Part shown: positions 10,351 through 21,185 of the stretch, one piece after another
How positions within the stretch are numbered: the stretch's first letter is position 1
Layout of the letters: every line of letters starts with the position of its first letter
Source of the DNA: Macrostomum lignano
Lineage: Eukaryota
DNA: 64,000 nt
NCBI GenBank assembly: GCA_002269645.1
Contig: NIVC01001713.1
Span: 1 to 64,000 of the forward strand
Direction of reading: 5' to 3'
Program-made: the position numbers and the translations under genes
The notes under the pieces: model-generated
Database searches by the model: none
Seen by the model: the letters and a program-made list of their open reading frames with translations, nothing else
Told to the model about the DNA's origin: nothing

Positions 10351-12263
10351 GTAGTCTACTCCTACAAAGTAGGGATATTGCTGAACAACACCGCGTGAAC
10401 GGTATGGCGCGAAAACGACCGGATAACAGACTTCTAGCTATTAAAATTGACAAATTGATGGTCATGGTGATTTACCAACAGTGAGCAAAACCTATCCGAC
10501 CACCTTACAGCGAAAGTTGTGACATTACACAGGAATTTCTGCGAGCGCCACAGGGCGATACCCAGAAGAAACCCAAAAACACAAGAAAAGCAAATCGTAT
10601 GGGAACGCCTACGCGACTCAGAAACCAAAGAAGGTTTCAGGACTCTAACAGAAGAAAACATGAAAAGATAGGACCGGAAAATCAGAGACGATATGCGGGA
10701 CGAAGAAAAGACAAAACGAATGAGTGGATGATCGGACACGAGAAAGAACTTGAGTTTAAACAAGGAAATCGCAAAGGCCCTGGCCAGGCGCAACAGCACG
10801 AAGGAATCAGGAATGAACAATACACCTGAGGCAACGGCAAGACAAGAAGAGGAGAGGGAACAGACAAAAGAACAACTCAAAGAGTGCAGAGAAAAGCACA
10901 AAGAAGCAATACAGAGATGGGAAGAGGAATGGTGGCAGAACATTGCGGACGTAGGCGGAATGTATGAATGTCAGAGGAAAATTGGGAAAAACTGCCAACC
11001 TAACAGTAACAACAGCAAGTCCGTACCACTGTTCTCGGCGGAAGTTTTCAGGGATCACCTGGAAGCCATCCAAGCCGTTAGATTCAAAAATGACCCAGAC
11101 ACAATGTATGCACTACTCAAACAGATCCAGAAACCGGAGCTCGACGAACAAACAAGGGAAGAAGCGACCAAGGATCTGACATAGGAACTAACCGGTGATG
11201 AAATTGATATAGCGATAGCCAAAATAAAGGACGGAGCACCTGGAGAGGATGGCGTCAGAATGCGCTATATCAGAGACGCGTGTACAGAAGTCAACACGCA
11301 CCTGAAGATGAAAATTCACCGCTTGTCGAAGACTCCAGCAACCGGAGACGGGTGGAGATCAAGCGACAAGACAGGAATCATTGTACCGCTACACAAGAAG
11401 AGCGACAGAGCTAACATGAACAATTTCAGGGGAGTGTGCCTCCTGTCGATGGTAAGCAGAGTCCTAGCAACCTAGCGAATCCTAGCAACCAGACTGAGCA
11501 AATGGACAGAACGCCTCAAAGATACACAAGCAGGCTTCAGGAGCGGACGATCCACCCTAGACGCCACCCAAGTAATCCTGAGACTCAAAGAAAATGAGGC
11601 AGCCCAGATTTCAGTGGAAGAATGATTACAGCAATTACGCTATTGGATCTAAGAAAAGCCTACCAGAGAGTGAACAAACCAGTGCTTTGGAGATACCTAG
11701 AAGAGAGCATTCTCAACAATATTCTCAGCAAGGACTTGCACGAACAAGGTGCGATGCGACAAGGAAACCAGCACGGAGTTCTACCCCCAACGGGGGCTCA
11801 GAGAAGGATGCGCGACGTCACCTATCCTCTTCAATATATTCCATCAGGCAGTCATGCGACTGGCAGAAGAAAAAGGGCGAAAAAAGCAAGAGAGGAAGGA
11901 AAGCAGTACGGAGTGAAGTGGGTCCATAGGCCAGGACACGCGCTACCGCCCAAAAGAACAGAACGATACGAGTACAACGAGGAAACGACCAACACACCAT
12001 CATATCGAACTCACATTTCGCGGACGATATGACTTTGATAGGCATGTCGGAAGAAATAGCATCAGGAACAGACACAATCGAGATAACGATGGGCGAACAA
12101 GAGAAGAGAACAAATACAGACAAAGAAGAGAAGGCAACCCTCAGGACAAAAAAGACGACAAAATCAGGATGCTAGGAACGTGGCTTGGGAGTACAGAGGA
12201 TACCAGCGTATAACACAGAGAATGAAGAGAGCAGCTCAAGCTTGAAACGGAGTTTAAAGAATA
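10351..12263 (+). mobile_element. LINE-A segment 2 (APE remnant and RT, many stops and frameshifts)
   Basis: VVYSYKVGILLN; KDGAPGEDG; PLHKK.DRANMNNFRGVCLL; QAGFRSGRST; LLDLRKAY; IRMLGTWLG. Collinear with the intact ORF 15968-18532. Confidence 0.9.
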
Positions 12264-13527
12264 CGAGGGGTATTTCAAAAGTTCGTAGAAAGTGATAGAA
12301 AGCAAGCAGATATCAAAAAGCGGGTTGCGACACATTAATCAGCATCTCAATCTGATCTCTCAACGTAATCGCCACCAATTTCTATGCACGTTCGCATGCG
12401 CTGCAGCCAGCTATCAAAGCAACCCCTAAAATCAGCTTTTTCAATGGAGTTGAGCTGCTCATTCACAGCAGAAATCAGCTCATCTCGAGTCTCAAACAAC
12501 TTTCCACGCAGCGGCTGCTTGATTTTCGAAAATAACCAGAAATCGCACGGCGCCAGATCCGGTGAATAAGGCGGAGCGCTCAGCAGCTTGATGCCAGAAG
12601 CATGAATGTGCTGCACTGTGTTGTTCGCTGTGTGTGCAGGTGCGTTGTCGTGATGCAGGAAGTAGCGGCGTAGCTCAGCTTTGCCGCGGCCAGCTGCGAT
12701 GGAATTGAACACAGCGGGCAAGCAGCTGGTCACGTACCAATCAGAGGTCACAGTGCGGCCTTGCTCAACAGGCACTGAGGCTACGATGCCTCTGGGCGAG
12801 AAGAAAATCGCGAACATGATTTTCCCAGCTGACCTCACCCGCTCCGCCTTTTGGGGAGGTGGGGCTCCTTTCAGTGACCAAACCATCGACTGTGATTTAG
12901 TTGGCGGGTCGTACTGATGGAACCAGGCTTCATCACCTGTGACGATGTTCTGGAAATTCGCAGATGCTCCATCTTTGAACTGATCCAGGAAATTTCTGCA
13001 GAAATCAATTCTCTGCTGCTTCTGCTCAGGCGAGAGGATTCGTGGCACCCATTTGGCAGCTTTCTTGGTGACACCAAGATCTTCGTGCAAGATCCTCCAA
13101 ATCGATGTGGCATCAATGCCCAAACTCTCCTCCATCCTCTCAATCGTCAGTCTTGCATTCTCGTTCAACGCCGACTGCACAGCAGCCACATTTAAGGAAT
13201 CTGTTGATGTTCTTGGACGACCTTCTCTTGGCTTGTCAGCCAGATTGAAATGGCCGGCTCTAAAGCGACCAAACCACTTGTGCACAGTGCTGAGGGATGG
13301 AGCTTCATCTTGCAGTACAGTCTTCATCTCAGCAGCAGCTTCATTTCTGGAGAACGCAGTAAACGCAGTGGGGAGTTCAGAGTTTTATTGCAGATTTCTG
13401 GTGGCCATTTCAATTAATTTTGCTGAAAATTTAGCTGTAGGCTTTGGATATATGAAATAGTATTTGTGAAAAGTTTCAAGGCTATAGCTTTATGCAAAGA
13501 CTGCTTTTCTACGAACTTTTGAAATAC
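12264..13527 (-). mobile_element. Mariner (D,D34D) DNA transposon inserted in LINE-A
   Basis: TA then TIR CGAGGGGTATTTCAAAAGTTCGTAGAAA (12264-12291). Its reverse complement is at 13506-13527, lacking the outer 6 bp and the TA. Confidence 0.93.
12347..13327 (-). CDS. Mariner transposase (N-terminus probably damaged)
   Basis: WVPRIL, TGDEAW, HHDNAPAH, YSPDLAPCD; 34 residues between the second and third Asp. Confidence 0.95.
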   Translation of the reverse strand: MKTVLQDEAPSLSTVHKWFGRFRAGHFNLADKPREGRPRTSTDSLNVAAVQSALNENARLTIERMEESLGIDATSIWRILHEDLGVTKKAAKWVPRILSPEQKQQRIDFCRNFLDQFKDGASANFQNIVTGDEAWFHQYDPPTKSQSMVWSLKGAPPPQKAERVRSAGKIMFAIFFSPRGIVASVPVEQGRTVTSDWYVTSCLPAVFNSIAAGRGKAELRRYFLHHDNAPAHTANNTVQHIHASGIKLLSAPPYSPDLAPCDFWLFSKIKQPLRGKLFETRDELISAVNEQLNSIEKADFRGCFDSWLQRMRTCIEIGGDYVERSD

Positions 13528-14582
13528 TGCGAAGAACAAAACTCCACCGGCGCACCCAAGCGAAGATTTTGGAAGCGTGTGTGTGTGTAGAAAGTACGCT
13601 CTTTTTCAACGTGGGAGCCCGCCCGTTCTACAAATCTGAACTAAAAAAGATGCAGAAGGCAATGGGCAGGAGGTGCAGATACATATGGAGCAGCAAGACT
13701 AAATCACCCCTGATCGAATGGAGGAAAAGGCGTTAACATGTGGGATGTATGAAAAGAACTCCACATAGACAGCATCGAATGGAAAGCAGAAAAAGCGCAC
13801 TGGAGACGGATGGGTCATGTATCAAACAACCCAGGCACCAGCCTAGCTAAAATCTGCATCACGAGATGGAGTAAGAACCTGGAAGGAGTGAGGAAGGCGA
13901 GACTACGAAACCAGACAATCGTGTCCTTCTGGAAGAAAATAGTTAAAAGAGCAGGCCTCAAGGAGACTGATATCAAAAGAACGGTAACAGACAGGGAGCT
14001 CTGGCAAGCACCTGTAAAACAACGCGAGGACCAAGCGAAACAAGAAGAAGAGAAGGGGTGCACGAGAGGGTACCAAGACGCGGACCCGGGCACAGGCAGA
14101 AAGAGAAGAAGACAGAGAAACAGAACTAACCGGCTACCGATGTCGATACGAAGGGTGCAACAAGATCTGTGCATCACGAGGAGGACTGGCAATACATCAG
14201 AGAATGATTCATCACAGGGAGGCAAAGGTAACACTCAAATTTAACGGATGCAACGCGACGTTCAACTCAGAAGCCACACGCAAGAACCGCGCAAAGTGGT
14301 GCAGAGGCGGACGTAGCGAGAGCGGGAGGGTACAATGCACAAGCTGTGGACGATGGCAGAGCAGGTCAAATTTCGCCAGACACGCAAAGGCATGCCAGCC
14401 TGGCAGTCCCGTCAAGCAAGTCCACATCATGGCAGTCGCGAGAGTGTACCGCAGCGAGAAAGGAAAATGCCCGATTTGCGGACGACTATTAGCAAAAACA
14501 AATATGGCGATACATAGAAGAGTGTGCGAACGAGACTGACCTGTCCAATCCGAAGCGTCGGCGATAAAGGAAGAAACAAGAC
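13528..14582 (+). mobile_element. LINE-A segment 3 (C-terminal domain with zinc fingers, short 3' UTR)
   Basis: YRCRYEGC..CASRGGLAIH, CTSCGRWQSRSNFARHAKAC and CPICGRLLAKTNMAIHRRVC are homologous to the C-terminus of 15968-18532. Confidence 0.9.
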
Positions 14583-14929
14583 GATGCTGATGATGATGAT
14601 GATGGTGATTATGATGATGATTGTGATTATGATGATGATGATGATGATGGTGATGGTGATGATGATGATGATGATTATGATGATGATGATGATGATGATG
14701 GTGATGGTGATGATGATGATGATGGTGGTGATGATGATGATGATGATGATGGTGATGGTGATTATGATGATGGTGATGATGATGGTGATGATGGTGATGA
14801 TGAGGATGGTGATGATGATGATGACGGTGATGATGATGGTGATGATGATGATGGTGATGATGATGATGATGATGGTGGTGATGATGATGATGGTGATGAT
14901 GATGATGATGATGGTGATGATGATGGTGA

Positions 14930-14963
<34 letters not shown>

Positions 14964-15062
14964 GATGATGATGATGGTGATGGTGATGATGATGATGATG
15001 ATAGTGATGATGATGGTGATGATGATGATGATGATGATGATGATGGTGGGGATGATGATGAT
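14583..15062 (+). repeat. (GAT/GGT)n microsatellite
   Basis: Read directly; follows the LINE-A 3' end. Confidence 0.98.
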
Positions 15063-15975
15063 AGCTCAATCACAAGGTGGCAGCGCAGACCGCAAGCGAG
15101 AACCGTGGTGCCGCAGCAAAAGTGGATTCTGTCCGGCCTTAAATCATTAGCGATTCTAACTCGTAATTGGCCCACAAGTGGGGCCTCGGTGACATACGAG
15201 TATATCGATTCCAGAACCATAAATTTCAGTTGCATCTGCTAATTATGCTTGCATTTTCTATACTATTTCTAATTTTAAACTACAGCAACTGCCATGCCAA
15301 GTTACGGGGGGCCGGTGTTGGGCCTATATGCGCAAATTATTGGGTAAAGTATCGCAAGTACATTCGGTGGAATTATTTGGCAGATTAAATCAATTATGGA
15401 AGTGTAGAGCAAGATTAAATTGATTTGTTTTAATGCATGAATTTAAAATGGATCCTTTCTCGGAAATGCGAGGGCGTCACGCACACAGTTTAGTGGCGCA
15501 GAACCAGGTTTAGAGTGCTGCACCGCATTAACTCCACTTCAATCAGCCGGCAGTTGGATTAGCAACTATTTGGGAGTTCATTGTATTGAACAATTTTAAT
15601 TCATCAGTATAGCTATATTGGTTTGGTTCATACAGAAAAGATAAAATTAGTGCCTCTTGAATCCGTCCGTGTGTGCCACTATCCCAGTCTTTTTAGTGCA
15701 GAATGTCACTATCCCAGTCTTTTAGTGCAGAATGCCACTATCCCAGTCTTTTAGTGCAGAATGCCACTATCCCAGTCTTTTTAGTGCAGAATGCCACTAT
15801 CCCAGTCTTTTTAGTGCAGAATGCCACTATCCCAGTCTTTTAGTGCAGAATGTCACTATCCCAGTCTTTTTAGTGCAGAATGCCACTATCCCAGTCTTTT
15901 AGTGCAGAATGTCACTATCCCAGTCTTTTTAGTGCAGAATGCCACTATCCCAGTCTTTTAGTGCAGAATGTCACT
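14958..15975 (+). repeat. ~1.02-kb direct repeat, left copy (microsatellite end, 613 bp unique DNA, minisatellite)
   Basis: Matches 18586 onward at offset 3628; no mismatch seen in the unique part 15063-15675 vs 18691-19303. Confidence 0.93.
15676..15975 (+). repeat. 29-30-bp minisatellite CCACTATCCCAGTCTTTT(T)AGTGCAGAATG, ~10 copies
   Basis: Read directly. Confidence 0.97.
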
Positions 15976-18532
15976 AAAAGATGCCTTAGCACAGAGGAAC
16001 AACGCACGACGACAGCTCCGCGAGCAAGAAACACCAGAGCGAGTAAGCAGGGTACAAATGGCAGAAGAGCGCCTAAAAACCATCAGAAAACAACAAAAAA
16101 ACAGGCTCCGTGAATGGGAAGAGAGCTGGTGGACCGAAATCGCGGAAGAATGCAAAAGGCATTGTGACAGTGGAAACACCGGAGGGATGTATGACTGCCT
16201 GAGGAGAATGGGTAAAAGCGACACACAGAACAGCAATAACAGCAAGATCCTCCCGCTTTTCTCAGCGGAGGAGTTTAAAAACCACCTCTCGAAAATCCAA
16301 GACCAACGTTTCGAGAACAACCCAGAAGAAATGCTCCACCTAGTCCACCGGATGCCCCCTACGAGCAGACCGGTAAATGAGATTGAAATTGCAAACGCGG
16401 ATCTCGCCAGTGAACTGAAAGACACTGAGATAGAGACGGAGCTTGCTAAAATCAAAGATGGAGCACCAGGAGTCGACGATCTTAGAATACGGTACATCAG
16501 GAACGCCTGCGACGAAGCAAAAGTAGTCCTAAAGCAGGAAATCCAGCGACTCTGGAAACATCCAGCATCTACATGGGAAAACGATCAAAAAGTGGGGATC
16601 ATCATACCACTTCACAAAAAGGGAGACAGAGCAAATCTGAATAATTTCCGCGGCGTCTGCCTCCTCCCATGCCTTAGCCGAATAATCGCACGCATCATTG
16701 CCTCGAGACTCAGCGTCTGGGCGGAGAAGCTGGGACTGATGGATGAAAATCAAGCTGGCTTCCGGCGAGGACGATCCACCATGGATGCGACCCAAATCAT
16801 CCTCCGTTTGAACGAGGACGCCGAAAAAATCCGCGAGAGCCCGGATTACGACCCAGAAACGGACACCAACATCGTCCTGCTTGACCTCCGAAAAGCGTAC
16901 CCGAGAGTCAACAAGCCACTACTGTGGGAACTCCTCGAGCACTACAGGATGCCGAAAAAGATGATTGACAAGATTAAAGACCTACATGAATTTACCGCGT
17001 ACAAGGTGCTTTGTGATAATGAGTGGAGCACGGAGTTTTACCCGCAACGGGGACTCCGCGAAGGATGCGCCACATCGCCAATACTCTTTAATATCTTCCA
17101 CCAGGCAGTCATGAGGTTAGCTGAAGAGAGACGAGCCACTCTGGCGAAGGAAACAGGACAAGTGCACGGGATTCGCTGGGTCCGCCGACCAGGCAGCTGC
17201 CTACCTCCGCAAAGAATTGGTGTCCGCAACGACGAGACGGTCGAAATCAAGATCACGAGCTCATTGTTCGCCGACGACACCACCGTCATCGGGACCGCAG
17301 CCGAGGTCAACCAGGGAACGAGGGTCATCATCGAGACCATGGCAGACCTTGAAGAAAGGACAAACGACGATAAAGAAGAAAGAGCTACGCTAGGCACCGA
17401 GGATAGCGGAAACATCCGGATGCTCGGGACCTGGCTGGGAAGGAAGCAGGATATGACGCAAAGACTGAAACGAGCAGCCAAAGCATGGCACGGAACAAAG
17501 AACATGCTCCGGCGCACACGGCTGAGCAAGCGCACTCAAGCGCGCATTGTCGAAGCCTGCGTGGAAAGCACCATGCTGTTTAACGCCGGAGCGAGACCCT
17601 TCCAGAAATCCGAGGTCAAGAGAATGCAGCAAACAATGGACAGAAAGTACAGATACGTCTGGAGCGCGAAGACAAGACCACCGCTCATAGAAATGGAAGA
17701 GAAGGGAGTCAATATGTGGGACGTGCGCGCAGAACTCGGCATCAAGAGTATCAGCAACAAAATTGAAGCAGCGCACTGGAGGCGTATGGGCCACGTGCTC
17801 TGCCTACCCGACTCGAACCTAGCTAAGACGTGCATTCTAGGCTGGAATAAGACCTTGGAGGGCATCCGAAAAGCCAAGAAACGGAAGCAGACGATCGTCT
17901 CATATTGGAAGAAGATGCTCCGCGGGGCGAAGATCGACGAGCTAGACCTCGAGAGGATGGTGGCGGACCGGACTGCATGGAAAGAACGAATAAAGAAACG
18001 CGAAAGAGAACTGGACCGGGAGGAGAAGGCCAAAAGAAAAAAGCGACAACCAGAGGCAAGTGAGACCCCGCCAGAAGAGGACGGGCAGGGCGAATCCGAG
18101 CTAACGGGTTACCGCTGCCGCTACGAGGGGTGTACTAAGACCTGCGCGTCAAGAGGAGGACTGGCGATCCACCAGAGGCGCATGCACCACATCTTCGAAA
18201 GAGTGCAGCTACCATGCCCAATTTGCTTGACCACGTTCACCTCAGAAGCAACCAGGAAAAACCACCAGAAACGATGCCAGGGAGAAAAGCAAGCTGGAGG
18301 CCTCGTCCTGTGCGCCCAATGCGGGAGCTGGCGGAGCAAGTCGAATTTCGCGCGGCACCGCAAAACCTGCGGACCAACGAGAGTCCAGGCCCACCTGCCA
18401 GAGCAACCGGCGAGAGTGGAAGAACTGGGCGCGAGGATCTACCGCAGCACGAGAGCACCGTGCCCCAGCTGCGGCAGACTCCTGGCCAAGACCAACATGG
18501 CCAGACACAGACGTACCTGCACCTCTCAATAA
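15968..18532 (+). CDS. LINE reverse transcriptase with four C-terminal zinc-finger-like motifs
   Basis: QAGFRRGRST, LLDLRKAYP, GLREGCATSPILFNIF, LFADD; four Cx2-4C...H...H/C units. The ATG is supplied by the upstream minisatellite. Confidence 0.93.
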   Translation: MSLKDALAQRNNARRQLREQETPERVSRVQMAEERLKTIRKQQKNRLREWEESWWTEIAEECKRHCDSGNTGGMYDCLRRMGKSDTQNSNNSKILPLFSAEEFKNHLSKIQDQRFENNPEEMLHLVHRMPPTSRPVNEIEIANADLASELKDTEIETELAKIKDGAPGVDDLRIRYIRNACDEAKVVLKQEIQRLWKHPASTWENDQKVGIIIPLHKKGDRANLNNFRGVCLLPCLSRIIARIIASRLSVWAEKLGLMDENQAGFRRGRSTMDATQIILRLNEDAEKIRESPDYDPETDTNIVLLDLRKAYPRVNKPLLWELLEHYRMPKKMIDKIKDLHEFTAYKVLCDNEWSTEFYPQRGLREGCATSPILFNIFHQAVMRLAEERRATLAKETGQVHGIRWVRRPGSCLPPQRIGVRNDETVEIKITSSLFADDTTVIGTAAEVNQGTRVIIETMADLEERTNDDKEERATLGTEDSGNIRMLGTWLGRKQDMTQRLKRAAKAWHGTKNMLRRTRLSKRTQARIVEACVESTMLFNAGARPFQKSEVKRMQQTMDRKYRYVWSAKTRPPLIEMEEKGVNMWDVRAELGIKSISNKIEAAHWRRMGHVLCLPDSNLAKTCILGWNKTLEGIRKAKKRKQTIVSYWKKMLRGAKIDELDLERMVADRTAWKERIKKRERELDREEKAKRKKRQPEASETPPEEDGQGESELTGYRCRYEGCTKTCASRGGLAIHQRRMHHIFERVQLPCPICLTTFTSEATRKNHQKRCQGEKQAGGLVLCAQCGSWRSKSNFARHRKTCGPTRVQAHLPEQPARVEELGARIYRSTRAPCPSCGRLLAKTNMARHRRTCTSQ

Positions 18533-18585
18533 ACGTGCCCGTGTCCACGCCCCCCCCCGGCGATAAAAGGACAGAAGAAGAAGAA
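15976..18585 (+). mobile_element. Young 5'-truncated RTE-like LINE-B with (GAA)n tail
   Basis: Open RT ORF, APE absent, ~50-nt 3' UTR ending AGAAGAAGAAGAA, flanked by the 1-kb repeat. Confidence 0.9.
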
Positions 18586-19668
18586 GGTGGTGATGATGAT
18601 GATGGTGATGGTGATGATGATGATGATGATGGTGATGATGATGGTGATGATGATGATGATGATGATGATGATGGTGGGGATGATGATGATAGCTCAATCA
18701 CAAGGTGGCAGCGCAGACCGCAAGCGAGAACCGTGGTGCCGCAGCAAAAGTGGATTCTGTCCGGCCTTAAATCATTAGCGATTCTAACTCGTAATTGGCC
18801 CACAAGTGGGGCCTCGGTGACATACGAGTATATCGATTCCAGAACCATAAATTTCAGTTGCATCTGCTAATTATGCTTGCATTTTCTATACTATTTCTAA
18901 TTTTAAACTACAGCAACTGCCATGCCAAGTTACGGGGGGCCGGTGTTGGGCCTATATGCGCAAATTATTGGGTAAAGTATCGCAAGTACATTCGGTGGAA
19001 TTATTTGGCAGATTAAATCAATTATGGAAGTGTAGAGCAAGATTAAATTGATTTGTTTTAATGCATGAATTTAAAATGGATCCTTTCTCGGAAATGCGAG
19101 GGCGTCACGCACACAGTTTAGTGGCGCAGAACCAGGTTTAGAGTGCTGCACCGCATTAACTCCACTTCAATCAGCCGGCAGTTGGATTAGCAACTATTTG
19201 GGAGTTCATTGTATTGAACAATTTTAATTCATCAGTATAGCTATATTGGTTTGGTTCATACAGAAAAGATAAAATTAGTGCCTCTTGAATCCGTCCGTGT
19301 GTGCCACTATCCCAGTCTTTTTAGTGCAGAATGTCACTATCCCAGTCTTTTAGTGCAGAATGCCACTATCCCAGTCTTTTAGTGCAGAATGTCACTATCC
19401 CAGTCTTTTAGTGCAGAATGCCACTATCCCAGTCTTTTAGTGCAGAATGCCACTATCCCAGTCTTTTAGTGCAGAATGCCACTATCCCAGTCTTTTTAGT
19501 GCAGATTGTCACTATCCCAGTATTTTAGTGCAGAATGCCACTATCCCAGTCTTTTAGTGCAGAATGTCACTATCCCAGTCTTTTAGTGCAGAATGCCACT
19601 ATCCCAGTATTTTAGTGCAGAATGCCACTATCCCAGTCTTTTAGTGCAGATTGTCACAATCCCAGTCC
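18586..19668 (+). repeat. Right copy of the ~1-kb repeat, ending in ~12 minisatellite units (19304-19668)
   Basis: Same as 14958 onward; the order of unit variants diverges after the third unit. Confidence 0.93.
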
Positions 19669-19958
19669 TTCAGCGAGTGTGTCAATCTAACTTGAGCAGA
19701 CTATATTGACGCTCAATATGCACCCAAATGAGCACTTACCTGTTTCTCAGACATGCCCAGATAATAATTAGATTAGATTTGACCTCAGGAGCAACTTTAT
19801 CAGACAAATTAAGCCGAATTTCTTGCTCAAATCAGTTCCAGTCAGCGCCACTCACTCCAGCCATCTGCCGCAATAAAGTGCAGCAACAGACAAATCTGCA
19901 TGGCTAACTAATATTAATGAAGCAATAATAAAACATTTCCCAGGCACTCGCTATCAAC

Positions 19959-20207
19959 CTAACTCTCCTCACAATGTCCACCTAACTCTCCTCACAATGT
20001 CCACCTAACTCTCCTCACAATGTCCACCTAACTCTCCTCACAATGTCCACCTAATTCTACTCACAATGTCCACCTAACTCTACTCACAATGTCCACCTAA
20101 CTTTACTCACAATGTCCACCTAACTTTACTCACAATGTCCACCTAACTCTCCTCACAATGTCCACCTAACTCTCCTCACGATGTCCACCTAACTCTACTC
20201 AAAATGT
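19959..20207 (+). repeat. 23-bp minisatellite CCTAACTCTCCTCACAATGTCCA, ~11 copies
   Basis: Read directly. Confidence 0.96.
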
Positions 20208-21185
20208 CCGAACCCTTTTCCCACCTTTATTACTCGCAGCTCAGTGGGCCCCTCTTCACTGCCGTCATCTCGTCATCAGGTTTAAGGGAGGCTTATCGCA
20301 GAGTTGTGCCGAACAGAGGCTAAGGAAGGATTTCCGAGTCGACTCAATCAAAAATCTATAAAAGTTCGTCCCTTTTTAGGCTGCCCAGCCATGTGACCCT
20401 GTCGGGGCAGCCTCTAAGACAGAGCTCTCCTTCGCTAAGCCTATTTCTTAGCTGCCCTAATTCTGCCGCAGCTCAAATCCCCATGAGCAGCTTACTCGTA
20501 ATCACGGCGAGTGTCTGACTGCCTTTATTGCCAATTCTGCACTGGCCCGAGATGCTCGCTTAATCTCTTCAATTGATTAATTATTTTGCTGCTTTGTGAC
20601 GGATTCACAGAAGGTCTTCACCGCCTTCCAACATCTTCCAGAGGGGGCAGGGGCGATTTGCTGGAGGGCTGCTGTGAGCCCCCATGGCGCAACGTATCGT
20701 CAGGCATGTACACTCTCTGTGCCTTGGGTGTTGGCCCTCATGGCTGTGGATAAACGAAAGTGGCTGAACACGGATCGAACCAGGGGTCGTGGCAGGAGAG
20801 TCAGACAAGGGCGACTCTCGATGGAGCGTTGTGAAGGTACTCTCGGCTGAATGGGGCCAAATGAAGTGGATGATGAATAAAGTAGATTTTGAGAAATTCC
20901 CAGAAATCTTCACTGCCATTTTCTGGCAAATCAAATGATGACGGATGACTACGGAGGGCTGTAGGAAGCTGGCTGCAGAGAATCGGGTGGAAAAATGGAG
21001 TTTGGGCTTCCAAAAAGCCGGAAACTCCTGCCCTAACTCTAATCCCTAATGGCGGTGGATGGCTGGCCGTGCGAACCAATCAGGGGCGGACGCAGCAGTT
21101 GCTACTTATTCTGCAGCAGAAATTGGATTTCAAGCACAGACAGAACAGCAAAAGCAGAAATTGCAGAGCTGAGACACGCAGAGCC

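Noticed and set aside
15676-15975. CRISPR-like appearance of 23-47-bp repeat arrays throughout the window
   Set aside because: Units are head-to-tail with no unique spacers, there are no cas genes, and the context is eukaryotic.
14958-19603. Tandem duplication by recombination between LINE-A and LINE-B
   Set aside because: The two LINEs are highly diverged, and the duplicated block begins exactly after LINE-B's own (GAA)n tail.
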